Positions 42,457 through 47,743 of a stretch of DNA of 47,743 nt are shown one piece after another. The stretch lies in the NCBI GenBank assembly GCA_964645545.1, contig CAZXZR010000003.1, forward strand, positions 1 through 47,743. The letters are read 5' to 3'. The stretch's first letter is position 1. Every line of letters begins with the position of its first letter. The notes beneath the pieces are model-generated. The model was not told where the DNA came from. It was given only the letters and a program-made list of their open reading frames with translations, and did not search any database. The position numbers and the translations under genes are program-made. Origin of the DNA: an uncultured Gammaproteobacteria bacterium (GTDB taxonomy: Bacteria > Patescibacteriota > Patescibacteriia > Patescibacteriales > UBA12465).

Positions 42457-43962
42457 TTATCGCAAAAATTTTTCCAATAGTTCCTTGACCGTTTTCGGGT
42501 TGGCTTGGCCGCGCGTTTGCGCCATTACCTGGCCGATGAAGAATTGCAGAAGGCCGGTCTTGCCTTTCTTGTACTCGGCCGCCTGCTTGGTATTGGCGGC
42601 AATCGTTTTTTTGACCGCTTTTTCCAAAGCGAGAGCGTCGTCAATCTGCTCCAGGCCTTCAGCGGCCATGATGTCGGTCGGGTCGCCGCCCCTTTCGTAC
42701 ATTATTTGGAGGATTTTTTGTCCGGCCGAGGAATTGATTTTTCCTTGGTAAAGCAAACAGGCCAGTTCGGCGAAATTTTCCGCCGTCAATTTCAGATCGG
42801 CCACCGTCTTACGGTCGGCATGCAAATATTTCAAGAGTTCGGAAGTGATGAGATTGACGGCCGTTTTCGCCAGGCGCTTTTCCTGGCGCTCTTCTTCGTC
42901 GCCGTTCGCCTCTATCCAGGCGTCCAGTTCGGAAATGACATCTTCCGTCCAATTGGCCAGCGCCTTGTCCGCGACCAAAACGGCGGCCAATTTTCTCTCC
43001 AAGCCGTATTGCTTGAGGAAGCGCCGTTCCTTTTCGGCCGGCAGTTCGGGCAGGGACGCTTTTAGGCGCTGGCGGTAGGCGGGCGTGATTTTCAAAGGCG
43101 GGATGTCCGGTTCGGGAAAATAGCGGTAGTCGGCCGAAGTTTCCTTACTCCTCTGACTGACGGTTTCATTTTTACTTTCGTCCCAACCGCGCGTTTCCGC
43201 CCTGACTTTTTCGCCTTTTACCAAGAGAGTCGTTTGGCGGGCGATTTCAAAATTTATGGCTTTTTCCACCGCCCGAAAAGAATTTAAGTTCTTTACTTCC
43301 ACTTTTGGATTTAATTGATAATCGTCTCTGGCGACAATTTTTCCGTCTTGATAAAGCCAGTGGCCCTTTTCCTGGACGCTAACGTTGGCCTCGCAGCGCA
43401 TCTCGCCTTTTTCCATGTCGGCTTTGCTGATTTCCAAATAACGCAGAATTTGCTGGTAGGCTTGGCAGAATTTTTTCGCTTCCCCGGCGTCTTTTATGAT
43501 CGGCTCGGTAACCATTTCCATTAGCGGTGTGCCGGCGCGATTAAAGTCTATCAAGGTATAGCCCTTGTCTTTGAAATGCAAAGATTTGCCCGTGTCTTCT
43601 TCCAAATGGACGCGGGTGATTAAAATTTTATGCCCATCTATGTCTAGCCAGCCGTTGACCGCGAAAGGCAAATCATATTGCGAAATTTGGTAACCCTTGG
43701 GCAAGTCGGGGTAGAAATAGTTTTTGCGGTCAAATTTGGAAAGGGGGTTGATGCGGCAGTTTAAAGCCAAGCCGGTTAAAATCGTCCAATCAATCGCTTC
43801 CTGGTTGGGCACGGGCAAAGTGCCCGGATGGCCCAGGCAAATCGGACAGACCGTCGTGTTCGGCGCCTTGTCGGCGCCGCCGTTGTCGCAGGCGCAGAAC
43901 ATCTTGCTTTTAGTTTTTAGCTCGGCGTGGATTTCCAGGCCGATGAGAGCGTCGTAAGTCAT
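42457..43962 (-). CDS. gatB: Asp/Glu-tRNA amidotransferase subunit B
   Basis: GLEIH, FDRKNYFYPDLPKGYQISQ, DYRYFPEPD. Confidence 0.98.
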   Translation of the reverse strand: MTYDALIGLEIHAELKTKSKMFCACDNGGADKAPNTTVCPICLGHPGTLPVPNQEAIDWTILTGLALNCRINPLSKFDRKNYFYPDLPKGYQISQYDLPFAVNGWLDIDGHKILITRVHLEEDTGKSLHFKDKGYTLIDFNRAGTPLMEMVTEPIIKDAGEAKKFCQAYQQILRYLEISKADMEKGEMRCEANVSVQEKGHWLYQDGKIVARDDYQLNPKVEVKNLNSFRAVEKAINFEIARQTTLLVKGEKVRAETRGWDESKNETVSQRSKETSADYRYFPEPDIPPLKITPAYRQRLKASLPELPAEKERRFLKQYGLERKLAAVLVADKALANWTEDVISELDAWIEANGDEEERQEKRLAKTAVNLITSELLKYLHADRKTVADLKLTAENFAELACLLYQGKINSSAGQKILQIMYERGGDPTDIMAAEGLEQIDDALALEKAVKKTIAANTKQAAEYKKGKTGLLQFFIGQVMAQTRGQANPKTVKELLEKFLR

Positions 43963-43984
43963 GAATTTAAAAATTTTTGCCTTT

Positions 43985-45091
43985 TTAAAATTTGCCCGAA
44001 CTGCCGAAGCCGTTTTCCTGGCGCTCGGTTTCGTTTAAAGGGCTTTCACTAATTTCTAAGTCTAAAACCGGCTGAATGAGAATTTGCGCGACTTTTTGGC
44101 CTTGGGCGATATGGAAAATATCCTCGCTTAAATTTTTAACCACTACTTTGACCTCACCGCGGTAGTTGGCGTCAATGACGCCGCCTAAAGTGGTGATGCC
44201 TTCGGCCGCCAGGCCGCTTTTATCCCAAATCAGGCCGACATAGCCTTCGGGAATAGCCATTTTGACGCCGGTTTTGACCGTAGTCTGGGCATAAGGAGCG
44301 AGAGAATAATTCTCGGCGGCATAAAGGTCGTAGGCGGCATCGCCGACGTGCGCTTTTTGCGGCAGTTTGGCCTCCGGGGAAATTTTTTCCACCAGCAGAT
44401 GGCCGTCGATTTTAAAACTGATTTTTTCCGGCGCGTTTTTGTTGATTATCTCGCCGACGGACTGGAAGCCGGCCGCTTTTTTGGCGCCCGCCCTGACGGT
44501 CAAGAATTTTTTGACTTGGTGCCAAAGTTCTTCCTGGATTACGTCTATCGGCCGGTTGGCGTTTATTTTCAGCCAGCCGTATTCTTGGCGCAGTTTTAGA
44601 TGCGCCCAACGGACTTTAGTGAGTAAATCCTCGTCATTTTCATGGCGGTGATTATTTTCAACCGCTTCCTTAAACCTTTCGCCATCAAAAAGAAAAACCA
44701 AATCCTCTTCCACTAAGCCGGCGTTAATGGTTTTAAGATAATTTTCCTCCACGCCCGCGCCCAAACCCCAAGCGATACCTGTGCCTTTATAATCCTCGGC
44801 GACTATAATCGCGCCCGCCGCTAAGTCAGTCTCTAATTTTTCTTGGTATTGGAAGCGGTTAAAAGCGTAAATTGTCTGCGCTTCCCGCGGGCTTAAACGA
44901 TGGGGATTATCCCGCCGCAGATATTCGTTTAAAATCGGGCCGGAAGGAGTGAGTTCGTAAAGAGGGTATTTTAAATATTGCGCTCGGTAGCCTTCCTGGC
45001 GCAAACGTTCCACCAATAATTTCGCCTGCACACTTTTGCCCAAGTTATTGATCCCGTAAATGACGATAAGTTTTCCCGGATAATTAGACAT
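43985..45091 (-). CDS. dut: Thymidylate kinase-dUTPase fusion
   Basis: N-terminal kinase-like GINNLGKS; C-terminal dUTPase motifs AAYDL, DKSGLA, GVIDANYRGE, KVAQ, RQENGFGSSG; no stop between. Confidence 0.88.
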   Translation of the reverse strand: MSNYPGKLIVIYGINNLGKSVQAKLLVERLRQEGYRAQYLKYPLYELTPSGPILNEYLRRDNPHRLSPREAQTIYAFNRFQYQEKLETDLAAGAIIVAEDYKGTGIAWGLGAGVEENYLKTINAGLVEEDLVFLFDGERFKEAVENNHRHENDEDLLTKVRWAHLKLRQEYGWLKINANRPIDVIQEELWHQVKKFLTVRAGAKKAAGFQSVGEIINKNAPEKISFKIDGHLLVEKISPEAKLPQKAHVGDAAYDLYAAENYSLAPYAQTTVKTGVKMAIPEGYVGLIWDKSGLAAEGITTLGGVIDANYRGEVKVVVKNLSEDIFHIAQGQKVAQILIQPVLDLEISESPLNETERQENGFGSSGKF

Positions 45092-45647
45092 AATCTTTTT
45101 TCAGAGCGGCAACGAGGCCGTCTATTTGTCGGTAAAAGTTTTGCAAAGAAGCGTTATTATCCAAGCGCTGATCGGCCGTCGTCAGGACGCGCGGAATTTC
45201 CTGTTCCGCCTCTTTTTCCTCGTCCGCCCTAAATTCGGTGTAAGTCTTTTTGGCGTCACCGGCGTTTTCGTTTCGTTTGATTAGACGTTGGTAGCGAATT
45301 TCTGGATCAGCGTCCACGGCCACCAGCTGCCAGCCGGGGAGTTTTTTCAGATAAACAATATCGTCCAAGCGCCGGACGCCGTCAATAACGACGATGCTTT
45401 TTGGCTCGTTTTTAGCTTCTTCGGCCATGACGCGCGCTAAAACATCGCCGCCGAAGCGATCACGCAAGCAAGAGGATAGGTTTTGCAAATTCTCGCGGCT
45501 GACAGGCAAATAGAGACGGTTTAAGATATCACGCAGGATCGTGGAAAAGCGGTGTCCGCCCGCCCCGTATTTTTCTTGTAAATATTTTTTGGCCACCTCC
45601 TTGCCGCTGGCCGCCAAACCGACCAAGCCGATAATTATTTTGGGCAT
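45084..45647 (-). CDS. P-loop nucleotide kinase (dNMP or dephospho-CoA kinase-like)
   Basis: GLAASGKE, VIDGVRR, RYQRLIKR; ATG at 45647. Confidence 0.8.
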   Translation of the reverse strand: MPKIIIGLVGLAASGKEVAKKYLQEKYGAGGHRFSTILRDILNRLYLPVSRENLQNLSSCLRDRFGGDVLARVMAEEAKNEPKSIVVIDGVRRLDDIVYLKKLPGWQLVAVDADPEIRYQRLIKRNENAGDAKKTYTEFRADEEKEAEQEIPRVLTTADQRLDNNASLQNFYRQIDGLVAALKKDYV

Positions 45648-45648
45648 A

Positions 45649-46980
45649 TTATTTTTTCGCTTCGCTTCTAATTTGTTCGTCGTTTTGCTTCTCGCGACTA
45701 ACAATGTCCTGCAAGCCGCGCCGCGCGTCCCAATCGTCGGGATCAAGATCGGCACGCAATTTTAAATTAGGCAGGCGTTCTAAAACGGCGGCATGCATTT
45801 TGTGGGCGATTTTTCTTAAAGTCGGGTGGACGGTGCGTCCGGAACGCAGCTCAATGACGTAAACGGCGGCCGTCAAGGGGAAGGTGAACTGACAGGCGAC
45901 GTCAAAGCCGATGGCAACGTAATATTGTTTTATTTCCGCCGGCGCCTTTAGGGCGTCAATGGCCGTCCTTTGACTGGCGATTAACGTTTCGGCTTCCTGA
46001 CGGATAGTTTCCGGCAATTGCTCCAAATACCAAGGGTTGAAACCCAAGGCGGTCGTCAAAAGCGGCATGCGGCAAAGGCCGTTGCGATGGCGCTGAATGT
46101 CGCGGAAGGAACCAAAGTCCAAGCGGAAACGGAAAGTAAACGTGCCCAAATCGTTAAGGAAGTTCGGCAAGCCGGTTTTTGGTGGCCGGCCGTTAAAGAT
46201 CTCTTGATAAGGCGCCAAGTCTTTCGGTTTTATAGTGCTTTGTAGATTAAAATCGGGGGCTTCGGTCGGGGGAAAATAGCTGTATTTTTTTACCATTTCT
46301 TCGCGGTAGCTTTCCTGTTTAGGCTCTAAGACATGAGAAAAACTATGGGAATATTTTTGCTTAAGTTGGCTTAAAATTATTTCCGCCACTTGCCGCACTT
46401 CTTCTAAAGGATGATGACGCAGTAAAGCCAAATGATCCCAGGCTTGGCGCAAATTCGTGTGCCAGCTTAATTGCGTCGTGATGCCGGCCGGCAAAAAACC
46501 GCGCAAAGAATCAAAGGCCCGGGCTTTAATGGCTTTTAAATACATGGCTTCATTTTCTTCCGGCTGGCGCGGATATTTGGCTTGCAAATGAGTCTGCGTC
46601 GCTTCCTGGTGGCGGGTATAGAAACTCATCCAGTCATCCAGGATTTTTTTTGATTCAGGAAGTCCCATGGGATCGACCAGGGGCTGCTTGGACATATCAA
46701 TATAGCGGGTGCTGGTTTCCTGGCCGCTGTAAAGCTGCCAGTCTTGAATGGCTTTGTCGCCCAAGATACTGATATTTTCTATAAAAATGGTGGTGCTGCC
46801 GCAATCGGCGATGCTGGCGTGGCCGTAACCGACGTAAAAAGTTTCCATGAACTTGCCCGAGTCGCTCTGCCGCACTTTGGCCACGTGTTCGGTAACGCTT
46901 TTCGGACTGCGCGAATAAAGAGCCTGCAACATGGCATTGTCCTCGGGATTGAATTCGTCGTAAATAAAAATATTGGCCAT
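45649..46980 (-). CDS. thyX: FAD-dependent thymidylate synthase (long, two-domain form)
   Basis: YGHASIA, QETSTRY, LRGFLP, RDIQRHR; thymidylate operon context. Confidence 0.85.
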   Translation of the reverse strand: MANIFIYDEFNPEDNAMLQALYSRSPKSVTEHVAKVRQSDSGKFMETFYVGYGHASIADCGSTTIFIENISILGDKAIQDWQLYSGQETSTRYIDMSKQPLVDPMGLPESKKILDDWMSFYTRHQEATQTHLQAKYPRQPEENEAMYLKAIKARAFDSLRGFLPAGITTQLSWHTNLRQAWDHLALLRHHPLEEVRQVAEIILSQLKQKYSHSFSHVLEPKQESYREEMVKKYSYFPPTEAPDFNLQSTIKPKDLAPYQEIFNGRPPKTGLPNFLNDLGTFTFRFRLDFGSFRDIQRHRNGLCRMPLLTTALGFNPWYLEQLPETIRQEAETLIASQRTAIDALKAPAEIKQYYVAIGFDVACQFTFPLTAAVYVIELRSGRTVHPTLRKIAHKMHAAVLERLPNLKLRADLDPDDWDARRGLQDIVSREKQNDEQIRSEAKK

Positions 46981-46997
46981 AAAATTATTTGTTTCTC

Positions 46998-47507
46998 TTA
47001 TTGATCTTCGTAAGGGGCGATAGTGCCGTCCAGAAGCGTGAATTCCACGCCCGCTTCTTTAAAAACTTCTTTACTCCTTTCGCTGTCGTGGTAGTCCTGC
47101 TGGCAAACGACGCGTTTAATGCCGGCGTTGATGATTATTTTGGCGCAGGTATAGCAGGGCGTCATTTTGGCATAAAGGGTGCCGCCGTCCAAAGAGACGC
47201 CGAATTTGGCCGCCTGGCAAATGGCGTTTTGCTCGGCGTGGGTGGTGCGAATGCAATGCCGGGAAACGCTGCCGTCATCGTTGGTGACGGTGTGCATTTC
47301 ATGGCCGATTTCGTCGCAATGGGGCAAGCCGACCGGCGAACCGACGTAGCCGGTGGAGATGATTCTTTTTTCTTTGGTGACGACACAGCCGGCACGGCCG
47401 CGATCACAAGAACCGCGACTGCCGACCATGTCCACGATTTTCATGAAATACTCGTCCCAGGAGGGGCGTTTATAAACGTTTTTTTGAGCGGCGTTAGACG
47501 AATTCAT
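46998..47507 (-). CDS. dCMP deaminase (ComEB-like)
   Basis: RPSWDEYFM, HAEQNAI, TPCYTC. Confidence 0.93.
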   Translation of the reverse strand: MNSSNAAQKNVYKRPSWDEYFMKIVDMVGSRGSCDRGRAGCVVTKEKRIISTGYVGSPVGLPHCDEIGHEMHTVTNDDGSVSRHCIRTTHAEQNAICQAAKFGVSLDGGTLYAKMTPCYTCAKIIINAGIKRVVCQQDYHDSERSKEVFKEAGVEFTLLDGTIAPYEDQ

Positions 47508-47743
47508 AAATTTTAAATTTTAAAGCCGATTTTAGGAATAATTTTTAAATAATTTAAGTACTTACATTCTAATATATTATTTTAAGAAAATAAATCTTGA
47601 CAGATGATAATTAATGTTCCCATGACTTTTAAAAAAAGAAAAAAAAGGTTAAACTATAGACGGATATTTTAAAGAAAAATCCTTTTTTAATTATTATCTT
47701 AACTCAACTGGATGTCAGTTTTCCGTATTAATAATTTAGCCTG

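Overview
A 47.7-kb chromosomal window from a small-genome bacterium using genetic code 11. Gene content and CPR-type hypothetical proteins suggest Patescibacteria/CPR (Parcubacteria); this is an inference. Bases 1-11.3 kb are accessory. They hold the 3' end of an IS3-family element, a SWIM protein, a SHOCT protein, a disrupted HEXXH metallopeptidase-like gene and a complete IS1595-family element with an 8-bp target duplication. They also hold a minus-strand cluster: OmpR-type regulator, an unannotated 36-aa peptide ending ...NPGTPWRN, a multi-TM histidine kinase, a class I prenyltransferase-fold protein and an internally deleted mgtA. This cluster resembles a non-canonical ComQXPA-type prenylated-peptide signalling system and is the top candidate. 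The rest is mostly housekeeping: mrdA; CIRCE-hrcA-grpE-hsp20-dnaK-dnaJ; tatD; a full F1Fo ATP synthase operon; uppP; CIRCE-groES-groEL; mltG; envelope and glycosyltransferase genes; miaB-miaA; gatB; and a thymidylate cluster. Between uppP and groES lies an orphan, frameshifted gene resembling a diversity-generating retroelement (DGR) target. It has an AAC-rich 3' end, a hairpin and a short antisense Avd-like remnant, but no reverse transcriptase is in the window. All calls come from reading the sequence by eye; no searches were run.
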